Origin: an uncultured Candidatus Saccharibacteria bacterium
GTDB lineage: Bacteria; Patescibacteriota; Minisyncoccia; Phycocordibacterales; SBAW01
Direction: 5' to 3'
Assembly: GCA_964482995.1 (NCBI GenBank)
Contig: CAYZZC010000001.1
Coordinates: 4,867 to 68,866, forward strand
Length of the DNA stretch: 64,000 bases
This document shows, one piece after another, positions 20,403-28,425 of the stretch. A program made the translations under genes and the position numbers. Each line of letters begins with the position of its first letter. Position 1 is the stretch's first letter. Below the pieces are notes generated by a model. It had not been told where the DNA came from, searched no databases, and worked only from the letters and a program-made list of their open reading frames with translations.

Positions 20403-21629
20403 TTACGCGCGTGCAGCGATTTCTTCTTTGAGTTTTGAAATTATTTCGGGGATTGCGAGTGCACCTAGCTTTCCGTTGTCTCTGCTCTCCAGTGTTGCAG
20501 TGTTTGCCTGAACTTCGGCGTCGCCGATCACCAGCGTGTAGGGGATTTTCTGTGTTTTACTTTCGCGGATCTTTTTACCTAATGTCTCATTACTTTCATC
20601 TAGGTCGGCGCGGATGCCAGCCTCTTTGAGCTGTGCAAGCACACTCTCTGCATATGGTTTGTGTGCGTCCGCGATAGGGAGCACACGCGCTTGTACCGGG
20701 GAGAGCCAAGTGGGGAAAGCGCCTGCATATTTTTCGATCAAGAAAGCGAGGCTGCGCTCGATGGCGCCGATTGAGGAGCGATGCACCACAAACGCGCGGT
20801 GCTTTTCGCCATCCTCGCCGATATAGGTGAGGTCAAAGCGGTCTGGCATGCAGAAATCGTATTGCACCGTAAACGCGGTGTCTTCCTTGCCGTTCACGTT
20901 CTTCATTTGGATGTCCACTTTGGGGCCGTAGAAGGCAGCTTCGTCTTTTGCTTCTTCAAAATCACAGCCGCGCGCTTGCATTACTTTGCGCAATAAATCC
21001 TCGCCCTTTTCCCACGCAGCGTCGTTTTTGTAATATTTTTCGGTGTTAGCGCGGTCGCCGAGCGAGAGGCGATAACGATAGTCTTGTCCAAGCTTAAGCC
21101 CAAACACACCAGCCATATACTCGATCAGGTTAAGCGCGCCGGCTATTTCCTCCATCGCCTGTTCTTCTGAGGCGCAAATGATATGTGCATCTGCTAAACA
21201 AAAAGTACGCACGCGCTGGAGGCCCATCAACTCGCCCGATTGCTCGTAGCGGTACAGCTGCGCTAGCTCCGCAATACGCATCGGGAGTTCGCGGTAGCTA
21301 TGCGGCTTTGAGAGGAACATTTGAAAATGGTGCGGGCAGGTCATGGGGCGCAGCATGAACTTTTCGTCATCTACTTCAATCGGCGCGTACATCGAGTCCT
21401 TATAGTGCGGGTAGTGGCCCGACTTCATATAGAGCTCAAGCTTTGCCAAGTCTGGCGTAGAGACATGCAAGTAGCCGCGCTTTGTTTCCTCTTCAATAAC
21501 GAAGCGCTCAAGCTCGCGCTTCACGATAGTGCCTTTTGGGAGAAACATCGGCAGGCCCTTACCCACCACCGGGTCAATATAAAAAAGCTCCAACTCTGGC
21601 CCCAGTTTTTTATGATCCCGCTCCTCCAT
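20403..21629 (-). CDS. thrS: Threonine--tRNA ligase, catalytic plus anticodon-binding domains only (no N-terminal TGS/editing domains)
   Basis: 408 aa. FMLRPMTCPHHFQMF and the class II motifs and Zn ligands of ThrRS are present. The translated ORF contains no N1/N2 editing-domain region. Confidence 0.88.
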   Translation of the reverse strand: MEERDHKKLGPELELFYIDPVVGKGLPMFLPKGTIVKRELERFVIEEETKRGYLHVSTPDLAKLELYMKSGHYPHYKDSMYAPIEVDDEKFMLRPMTCPHHFQMFLSKPHSYRELPMRIAELAQLYRYEQSGELMGLQRVRTFCLADAHIICASEEQAMEEIAGALNLIEYMAGVFGLKLGQDYRYRLSLGDRANTEKYYKNDAAWEKGEDLLRKVMQARGCDFEEAKDEAAFYGPKVDIQMKNVNGKEDTAFTVQYDFCMPDRFDLTYIGEDGEKHRAFVVHRSSIGAIERSLAFLIEKYAGAFPTWLSPVQARVLPIADAHKPYAESVLAQLKEAGIRADLDESNETLGKKIRESKTQKIPYTLVIGDAEVQANTATLESRDNGKLGALAIPEIISKLKEEIAARA

Positions 21630-21641
21630 ATATAAAGTAGA

Positions 21642-24626
21642 TTACAGCGCCTTGAGCTTGTCGGCAACCAGGCTCAACTCGCCATTGCGGCTGGAGAGCC
21701 TGCCTTTGAGTGCAATGACCGTCTCTGGTTTGATGATCGATTTAAACTCTTGGAATATACGGGGGAAGATAGCAGCCTCGATCGTGCCGCCGTAATCGGT
21801 TATTTTTATAAACGCCATCTGGTCGCCGTTTTTAGTGAGGATCGTGCGCACATCCTCAATCATGCCGGCGGCAATTGCGGTGATGCCTGGGTCTTTTAGT
21901 TTCAGCTCCGCAATGCTGATCGGGCTTTTGGCGAGCTGCGTTTTAAACCGGTCGAGCGGGTGGCCTGAAACGTATAGACCGAGCAACTCTTTTTCCCATG
22001 CAAGGCGCGCCTCCATAGTTGCGGGTGGTGCCGGCGGGAGCGTGATGTCGGCAACGTCGTTACCCATGCTCATAAAGAGAGAGTCGTGCGACTGCTCGCG
22101 TGCTGCCTCGCGGTGATACTCCAGCATAAGCTCGATTGAGGCGAGCATAACCCCGCGCTCGCCAAACGAGTCGAGCGCGCCACACTCGATCAAAGACTCA
22201 AGCCCTTTTTTATTTAAACCTTGCTCTTTAACACGGCGTAAAAAGTCGGAGACAGAGGCAAACTTACCGCCTGCCTTGCGCTCTGCGATTATTGCGTCTG
22301 CAACGCCACGGCCAAAGTTCTTGATCGAGTAGAGTCCGAAGCGGATCGAATCCTTTTCTATATCTCCGGCGAGTGCGGCGGCCTTTTCGCTGCGGGGAGA
22401 GTTGGTCCCGAGCATCACGGTAAAGTCGCCAAAACTTTCGTTGACATCCGGCGGCAAGACGGGGATCCCAATGCGTTTGCACTCAGCGACCATTACGCCC
22501 ACCGTGTCGATGTCGCCTGCCTCGGCGGTTAAAATCGCCGCCATGTACTCGACAGGAAAGTTTGCTTTCATGTACGCGGTTTGGTAGGCCACCTTGCCGT
22601 AGCTCGCGGCGTGCGCTTTGTTGAAACCGTACGCGGCAAAAGGCTCGATCAGCTTCCATAATTTTTCTCCAAGCGCAGGGGAGAGTTTGCCGTACTCTTT
22701 AAACCCGCGTATCAGTTTTTCTTTCTCGGCTTGCATAACCTCTGGGATTTTTTTACCCATCGCTTTGCGCAGTTTGTCGGCCTCGAGCCACGAGTAGCCG
22801 GCGAGCTTGATCGCGGTTAAGAGCACGTCGTCTTGGTACACCAAGCAGCCGTAGGAAAAGTCTAAATACTCTTTCATCCGCGGGTCGAGGTATTTAATCA
22901 GCTCGGGGTTATGTTTGCGCTCAATATATTGCGGGATCGTTTCCATCGGCCCTGGGCGAAACAACGCCACCATCGCGTTGATGTCGTGGATCGTTGAGGG
23001 CTTGAGCTCTTTGAGGTAGCGGGTCATACCAGCGCCGTTTAGCTGGAAGGTCCCCTCGGTTTCGCCGCGCGCGAGCATCTCGAACGTTTTTTTGTCATCG
23101 ACAGGCACATTTTCTATATCCACATTGACCCCGCGGGTTGCCTCCACCAGCTCAACCGAGTGGGCCAAGATCGCGAGGTTGCGGATCCCCAGGAAATCGA
23201 ACTTGAGTAGCCCCGCCTCCTCGATCGAGTACATGTCATATTGGGTGATCAGCTTGCCGCCTTTAGGGTCGCGCTGTATAGGCGAGTATTCCAAGAGCGG
23301 TTTGGGCGATATCACCACCCCCGCCGCGTGGACAGAAATGTGCCGTGCACAACCCTCTAAGGTTTTGCCGAGGTCAATTATTTCGCGCGCTTCGCTCTCT
23401 GCAGTGTATATTTTTTTTAGTTCCGGGTTTTCCTCAAGTGCTCGCGCCAACGTCATAGGAAAGCCCTGTGAGCCAAATGGGATTTCTTTTGCGATGCGGT
23501 CGCCAAGCCCGTAGGGGTAGCCGAGCGCTCGCGCAACATCGCGCACCACGCCGCGTGCAAGCATGGTGCCAAAGGTGCCGATCTGCGCCACATGGGAGTC
23601 GCCATACTTTTGGCGCGCATACTCAATAACCTCGTCACGCCGGTTGTCGGCAAAGTCCATGTCGATATCGGGTGCCGAGGGGCGCTCCGGGTTGAGGAAG
23701 CGCTCAAAGGGGAGTTTATAGATAATCGGGTTCACTTTAGTAATCCCCGTAACGTACGTCACCATCGAGCCTGCGACCGAGCCGCGGATCGTGGAGAGGA
23801 TCCGGTTTTTACGGGCAAAGGCGAGCAGGTCGGCCACCACTAAAAAGTATGGCGAGTAGCCTTTATCGCAAATAATTTTGTACTCATACTCGATACGCTC
23901 GCGCGCGGCTTTGTCGCCACCGAGCCCGCGCTCCACCAACCCTTCTTCGATAAGCCGCCTGAGCTCAGAGTCGTAGGTTGAGTTTTTAGGGATGCCAAAG
24001 TCGGGGAAGACCCACGTGCCCAGCGCGAGTTCGAGGTTGCACTCGTTCGCGACCTCGAGTGTTTTTGCAAGCGCGCTTTTACTAAACCGCTTCTCCATCT
24101 CTGCGGCACTGGGGAAGTGGTAGTCGCTCTCCTCGTCGCCGATCTCGCCGCCTTCGTTTGCGGCTTTGTTTTCAATCGCGCGCATTGTCTCCCACGCACG
24201 GCGGTCTCCGGGCTTCAGATAAAAAATCTCTGGGAGTGCCGTATCCTTCGTGTTTGGGTCAACCTGTATAAGCCCCTCGCTGTGTGCCCGCAGCATCTCC
24301 TCAGTTACCGTTGGTTTATCGGGGAACTCAAGGTGCGATTTTGTCACAAGCACGAGCAGGTTTTGGTAACCTGTTTTATCTTTTGCGTACAGCAGCGTGC
24401 GTTTGCCCTCGCCTATGTGTGCGCTGAGCCCGATGATCGGTTTGATCCCAGCGCTCTTACACTCTTTATAAAATTCGATCGCGCCGTAGAGGTTTCCTAG
24501 GTCGGTAAGTGCAAGCGCCTCACAACCGGCGGCCTTTGCAGCAGCGACCAGTGCAGGGATTTTTGGCAGAGCCTTTAGGAGCGAGTAGTGCGAGTGTGCG
24601 TGGAGGTAAGCAAACTGGGCAGACAT
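21642..24626 (-). CDS. dnaE: DNA polymerase III alpha subunit (short, 994 aa)
   Basis: N-terminal PHP domain (AYLHAHSHYSLLKA), polymerase core motifs and a C-terminal OB-fold region. Confidence 0.9.
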   Translation of the reverse strand: MSAQFAYLHAHSHYSLLKALPKIPALVAAAKAAGCEALALTDLGNLYGAIEFYKECKSAGIKPIIGLSAHIGEGKRTLLYAKDKTGYQNLLVLVTKSHLEFPDKPTVTEEMLRAHSEGLIQVDPNTKDTALPEIFYLKPGDRRAWETMRAIENKAANEGGEIGDEESDYHFPSAAEMEKRFSKSALAKTLEVANECNLELALGTWVFPDFGIPKNSTYDSELRRLIEEGLVERGLGGDKAARERIEYEYKIICDKGYSPYFLVVADLLAFARKNRILSTIRGSVAGSMVTYVTGITKVNPIIYKLPFERFLNPERPSAPDIDMDFADNRRDEVIEYARQKYGDSHVAQIGTFGTMLARGVVRDVARALGYPYGLGDRIAKEIPFGSQGFPMTLARALEENPELKKIYTAESEAREIIDLGKTLEGCARHISVHAAGVVISPKPLLEYSPIQRDPKGGKLITQYDMYSIEEAGLLKFDFLGIRNLAILAHSVELVEATRGVNVDIENVPVDDKKTFEMLARGETEGTFQLNGAGMTRYLKELKPSTIHDINAMVALFRPGPMETIPQYIERKHNPELIKYLDPRMKEYLDFSYGCLVYQDDVLLTAIKLAGYSWLEADKLRKAMGKKIPEVMQAEKEKLIRGFKEYGKLSPALGEKLWKLIEPFAAYGFNKAHAASYGKVAYQTAYMKANFPVEYMAAILTAEAGDIDTVGVMVAECKRIGIPVLPPDVNESFGDFTVMLGTNSPRSEKAAALAGDIEKDSIRFGLYSIKNFGRGVADAIIAERKAGGKFASVSDFLRRVKEQGLNKKGLESLIECGALDSFGERGVMLASIELMLEYHREAAREQSHDSLFMSMGNDVADITLPPAPPATMEARLAWEKELLGLYVSGHPLDRFKTQLAKSPISIAELKLKDPGITAIAAGMIEDVRTILTKNGDQMAFIKITDYGGTIEAAIFPRIFQEFKSIIKPETVIALKGRLSSRNGELSLVADKLKAL

Positions 24627-24681
24627 AAAATTAGTATACTCTCGTTCATCTCACTTGAGCCACCTCTGTTAGAATGGTGGA

Positions 24682-25272
24682 GTGAAAAAACCTTTTTTGG
24701 TCGGGATTGATGAGGCTGGGCGCGGGCCACTGGCTGGGCCCGTGGCTGTTGGTGTGGTGGTGGCTCCGCCGCAGTTTGACTTGCGGCTTCTTGAGGGCGT
24801 GCGCGACTCTAAACAGCTGACAGAACTGGGGCGTGAAATATGGTATGAAAAACTGCGGATTTTAAATCTTGAGCATAACGTGCTCTTTACGGTCCAGTTT
24901 TCCTCTGCCGCTTTTATAGACACGCACGGGATCGTGCCGGCGATACGCACTGCTATCGCGCGGGGGTTAAGGGAGTTATTGGTTAGCGAAGAAGAGTCGC
25001 ACATACTGTTAGACGGCTCGCTTAAAGCGCCACCGCGGTTTGTGTCGCAAGAAACTATTATCCGCGGCGACGAAACGGAACCGCTGATCTCGCTCGCATC
25101 GATTGCGGCCAAGGTGCGGCGCGACCGGCTTATGAAGCAGCTAGCCCTGCGCTACCCAGAATATGGGTTTGACATCCACAAAGGCTACGGGACTAAGGCG
25201 CATCGCGAGCTGATACAAAAACACGGTATTTCTGCTATCCACCGCAAGAGCTTTTTGCGCCGAGATTTTTAA
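24682..25272 (+). CDS. rnhB: Ribonuclease HII
   Basis: GIDEAGRGPLAGPV is the RNase HII active-site motif. 196 aa. Confidence 0.9.
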   Translation: MKKPFLVGIDEAGRGPLAGPVAVGVVVAPPQFDLRLLEGVRDSKQLTELGREIWYEKLRILNLEHNVLFTVQFSSAAFIDTHGIVPAIRTAIARGLRELLVSEEESHILLDGSLKAPPRFVSQETIIRGDETEPLISLASIAAKVRRDRLMKQLALRYPEYGFDIHKGYGTKAHRELIQKHGISAIHRKSFLRRDF

Positions 25273-25300
25273 AGAGCGCAGCGACTATAAAAATCCAAGT
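25259..25300. repeat. 42-bp direct repeat, copy 1 (overlaps the rnhB stop codon)
   Basis: GCCGAGATTTTTAAAGAGCGCAGCGACTATAAAAATCCAAGT recurs at 25322-25363 with one mismatch. Seen in sequence. Confidence 0.85.
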
Positions 25301-25321
25301 GCAGTCGCGAAGCAAGCTGCC

Positions 25322-25363
25322 GCCGAGATTTTTAAAGAGCGCAGCGACTATAAAAACCCAAGT
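25322..25363. repeat. 42-bp direct repeat, copy 2
   Basis: GCCGAGATTTTTAAAGAGCGCAGCGACTATAAAAACCCAAGT. 63-bp periodicity relative to copy 1. Confidence 0.85.
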
Positions 25364-25379
25364 ACCCTTGGGGTGTGCA

Positions 25380-25408
25380 TTGACACAGGCGAGTAAAGGC
25401 AGCATAAT
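25380..25408 (+). promoter_or_regulatory. Sigma-70-like promoter (TTGACA-17-CATAAT) upstream of the small Cys-rich ORF and rpmF
   Basis: TTGACA at 25380-25385, a 17-nt spacer, then CATAAT at 25403-25408. An SD (GGGAGAAG) precedes the ATG at 25463. Confidence 0.5.
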
Positions 25409-25462
25409 CTCCCATTAGCGGGTTCTGTTTGTGTGCTCGCAATAAATCCTAGGGAGAAGTAG

Positions 25463-25702
25463 ATGATAAAAGGTGCGAAAGACCAAGAGTGTCTAGCCTG
25501 TACTGGCTGTGACCTGTTTCGGGGGATAGCTGGCGGGGATAATGTTTTTTGCGGCGTTTGTCTGACAACAAACGAGGGCAAACGTTCTGTCACCGAACGG
25601 CCCCAGGTCCTGATCGGACAGGGATGCGATGACTACGTCGCATCGATACTGGTTGTCCAATTGAAACCGGTAAAGAAGCACCAGCACCGCATTGCAGCAT
25701 AG
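25463..25702 (+). CDS. Small Cys-rich hypothetical protein (79 aa)
   Basis: In-frame TAG immediately upstream of the ATG. Good SD and promoter. CxxCxxC...CxxC cysteine pattern (ECLACTGCD...FCGVC). Conserved position upstream of rpmF. Function unknown. Confidence 0.35.
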   Translation: MIKGAKDQECLACTGCDLFRGIAGGDNVFCGVCLTTNEGKRSVTERPQVLIGQGCDDYVASILVVQLKPVKKHQHRIAA

Positions 25703-25819
25703 CCGCCTATTTTGGTTCGCAAGGCCGCCCCTACCCGGGACGGCCTTTACCATGTATATATCCGCTGGCAGGTTGTCTTTTTGGCTATATATTGCTATAT
25801 TCTCTATATGGTTGTCCGG

Positions 25820-26074
25820 ATGAGACATACGAGGGCGCACACGGCTAACCGCCGTTCGCACCATGCCCTCAAAGCCAACTCGCTTATGAAATGCGAGTGT
25901 GGGACCATGCGCGTATCGCATCGGGCGTGCCCTACGTGCGGCCGCTACAATGGCCGTGTCGCAGTCGACCTGGTAGCCAAAACAGCTGCCCGTTTGGCAA
26001 AGCGCTCCAAGGCAGCAAAAGGCCGCGCTGGCGCAGAGAGCAAGGAAGGAAGTAAGAGCGAGACGCAGAAGTAG
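25820..26074 (+). CDS. rpmF: Ribosomal protein L32 with Lys/Ala-rich C-terminal extension
   Basis: RRSHHALK...CECGTMRVSHRACPTCGRYNGR is the L32 zinc-ribbon signature. The exact start is uncertain (25808 or 25820); the listed ORF starts at 25712. Confidence 0.7.
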   Translation: MRHTRAHTANRRSHHALKANSLMKCECGTMRVSHRACPTCGRYNGRVAVDLVAKTAARLAKRSKAAKGRAGAESKEGSKSETQK

Positions 26075-26153
26075 AGATCTGCCACTGGCTCTTGTGTCTA
26101 TCTAATAGAAGGTGCTTGTGCGAGTAGGTGCGACTGAAAGTTCTTTTTAAAAA

Positions 26154-27059
26154 ATGGCAAATCGTCACTTATCAAGATCCGTAGTGCTCCAAACGCTCTT
26201 TGAGCAGGACATCCGCCAATGCACGAGCGAGATGAGCCGCGAGGCTCTGGTACGCAACGTTGCCGAGTTTGCACCTGCAGCGGGAGACCTGCCGTTTATG
26301 GAGGAGCTTTTGAAGGGCGCTTTGGCACGTAAAAGCGACCTCGATTTAGTGATTGAGAAAGCTGCGCCCGAGTGGCCGATCGAGCGTATCGCGCCGATCG
26401 ACCGCAATGTGCTGCGGCTCGGCCTCTATGAGCTCCTTTTCTCGGATAGGGAAAAGGTGCCTGCCAAGGTTGCTATCAACGAAGCTATTGAACTTGCAAA
26501 AAGTTTTGGCGGCGAGAACAGCGGCCGGTTTGTAAACGGCGTGCTCGGTGCAGTCTACAAAGAGCTCGGCGAGCCCGGCAAAGACGAAACAAGCAAGAAA
26601 AAGAAAGACGTTCCCTATGAAGATATGCCGCAAGAGCGGCTGGTGGGCGCAGTGGTCTACACTCGGCAAGGCAATGATGTGTACATTGCACTTGTGCATG
26701 ACATCTTTGGCCACTGGACGCTCTCTAAAGGCAAACTCACTCCTGAAGAAACCCCTGAAGATGGTGTAGTACGCAAAATAAAAGAAGAGATTGGGCTCAC
26801 AATAACACCCGAGCTTCGCCTAGGAGAAAACGAGTATGTTGCTAGCGACCCTGCTGCCGGCAAGAAACGAAAACATGTGATCTACTTCCTCGCACAATCG
26901 CCGTTTACTGAAGTGCAATTAGCTAAAAAGGGCGGGCTCGATGACGCAAAATGGTTTCGGCTTAAAGATGCGCTAGAACTTAATTTTTATGACGACATGC
27001 TTCCCGTTATCACCAAAGCAGTGCAGCAATTAACCTCTAATACCCCTACCAAAAAGTAG
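26154..27059 (+). CDS. nusB: NusB (transcription antitermination) fused to a C-terminal NUDIX hydrolase domain
   Basis: Residues 1 to about 150 are NusB-like (SRSVVLQTLFEQD...RFVNGVLGAVYKEL). Residues 165-301 carry a Nudix box (GHWTLSKGKLTPEETPEDGVVRKIKEEIGL). Single uninterrupted ORF. Confidence 0.75.
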   Translation: MANRHLSRSVVLQTLFEQDIRQCTSEMSREALVRNVAEFAPAAGDLPFMEELLKGALARKSDLDLVIEKAAPEWPIERIAPIDRNVLRLGLYELLFSDREKVPAKVAINEAIELAKSFGGENSGRFVNGVLGAVYKELGEPGKDETSKKKKDVPYEDMPQERLVGAVVYTRQGNDVYIALVHDIFGHWTLSKGKLTPEETPEDGVVRKIKEEIGLTITPELRLGENEYVASDPAAGKKRKHVIYFLAQSPFTEVQLAKKGGLDDAKWFRLKDALELNFYDDMLPVITKAVQQLTSNTPTKK

Positions 27060-27067
27060 TTACCCTC

Positions 27068-27760
27068 ATGCCGAAAGATTTTAAAGCCTTTGAAGCAAAA
27101 CTAAACCTCTCGTTTAATGATCCAAAACTGCTTCGGCAGGCGTTTACGCATCGCTCATATATAAATGAGCATCGCGGTGAAGCTGGGTCGCACAACGAGC
27201 GGCTCGAGTTTTTAGGCGACGCTGTGCTTGAGCTTATCTCAACCCATTTTTTGTTTGAAAAGTTTCCCAACCACGACGAGGGCGAGCTCACCGCATTTCG
27301 CGCCTCGCTCGTAAACGCGGTCACCTGTGCAGAAATCGCCACTGCGCTCGGGATGAATGATTTTTTACTCCTTTCTAAGGGCGAGAGCAAAGACCACGGC
27401 CGCGCGCGCGGCATCCTTTTGGCAAACGCTTTTGAAGCGCTTATCGGTGCGATCTATCTCGACCAAGGGCTTGATGCTGCGCGCACGTTTATTTCAGAAC
27501 ATCTGTTTCCTAAAATAGACGAAATTGTCCACAAACAGCTGTGGCGCGATGCTAAGTCGGCATTGCAAGAAAAGGTGCAAGAGCACGAAGGGGTGACTCC
27601 GCACTACTCGGTGGTCCGCGAGAGCGGCCCCGACCACGACAAGGAGTTTGTAGTGGGTGTCTATGCTAAAGACCGCTTGCTCGCACAGGGCACCGGCAAA
27701 TCTAAACAAGAAGCCGAGCAAGCAGCCGCCCAAGCCGCTATTGAAGCAAAGGGGTGGTAA
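27068..27760 (+). CDS. rnc: Ribonuclease III
   Basis: ERLEFLGDAVLELI RNase III signature, plus a C-terminal dsRBD. Confidence 0.92.
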   Translation: MPKDFKAFEAKLNLSFNDPKLLRQAFTHRSYINEHRGEAGSHNERLEFLGDAVLELISTHFLFEKFPNHDEGELTAFRASLVNAVTCAEIATALGMNDFLLLSKGESKDHGRARGILLANAFEALIGAIYLDQGLDAARTFISEHLFPKIDEIVHKQLWRDAKSALQEKVQEHEGVTPHYSVVRESGPDHDKEFVVGVYAKDRLLAQGTGKSKQEAEQAAAQAAIEAKGW

Positions 27761-27849
27761 CCGGCAGCAGCGCGTCTAGCCAATGCACACTACTATTTTT
27801 TAACACATCTCATCTTCTACACTTCATCTCCTATACTCATTTGCAGCAC

Positions 27850-27867
27850 AGTCCCATATATGGGACT
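27850..27867. repeat. Palindrome AGTCCCATATATGGGACT upstream of the TrpR-like gene (putative operator)
   Basis: Perfect 18-bp palindrome. The same core recurs at 28362-28383. Confidence 0.8.
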
Positions 27868-27896
27868 AGTTTTTTGTGATAGGATGGCTGAGTTAT

Positions 27897-28352
27897 ATGA
27901 AACGCAAGGCAAAGGATCTCACAAAAGAGGAGATAATCGTCACGCTCGACACCCTCTACACGGCGGCGAGCGCTTTGCAGGGCAGAGCGGCGGTTAAGCT
28001 TTTCTTACGCGATTTACTTACACCAAGCGAGCGTCTTATGCTTGGGCGGCGGATTATCATTGCACGCCTGTTGATCGCAGGAGAATCGTATGAAAACATC
28101 CAAAAACGCTTAAAAGTGGGTAAAACCACTATTAGCCGAGTGCATCGGTGGCTCAAAGACCAGTTTCCGGGCTTTGAACAAGCGATTAAAGAAATGGAAA
28201 GTGAGTTTAAAAAGAGGGGAGAGAAGAAGATGTACGCCACGAGTGCGTTGTACCGATTAAAGAAAAGGCATCCTCTTCATTTTCTGCTCTTCCCCACCCC
28301 AAAGAGTAAATTTTTGCAGCAATTTGGTGTCTATCCAGAACGTCATAAGTGA
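27897..28352 (+). CDS. TrpR-like DNA-binding protein, YerC/YecD family
   Basis: LLTPSERLMLGRRIIIARLLIAGESYENIQKRLKVGKTTISRV is a Trp-repressor-like HTH of the YerC/YecD family. The ATG at 27897 is preceded by AGGA; the listed ORF begins at a GTG at 27876. Confidence 0.7.
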   Translation: MKRKAKDLTKEEIIVTLDTLYTAASALQGRAAVKLFLRDLLTPSERLMLGRRIIIARLLIAGESYENIQKRLKVGKTTISRVHRWLKDQFPGFEQAIKEMESEFKKRGEKKMYATSALYRLKKRHPLHFLLFPTPKSKFLQQFGVYPERHK

Positions 28353-28361
28353 CATATCAAG

Positions 28362-28383
28362 ACAGTCCCATATATGGGACTGT
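28362..28383. repeat. Palindrome ACAGTCCCATATATGGGACTGT downstream of the TrpR-like gene and upstream of smc
   Basis: Perfect 22-bp palindrome sharing its 20-bp core with the 27848-27867 copy. Confidence 0.8.
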
Positions 28384-28425
28384 GATAAACGTTGAGGGTG
28401 GGTTAACTTCTGATACAATATCCCC

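Noticed and set aside
25259-25363. Direct repeats considered as a CRISPR array
   Set aside because: Only two copies. The 21-bp spacer is shorter than a CRISPR spacer. No cas genes nearby.
25273-25810. Looked for RNase P RNA, SRP RNA, tmRNA or 6S RNA in the 540-bp non-coding stretch after rnhB
   Set aside because: No match to the conserved RNase P (GGAAAGUCCGG...), SRP domain IV (GGUCCGGAAGGAAGCAGC) or tmRNA terminal motifs could be found by eye. The region is better explained by the promoter, small ORF and rpmF promoter.
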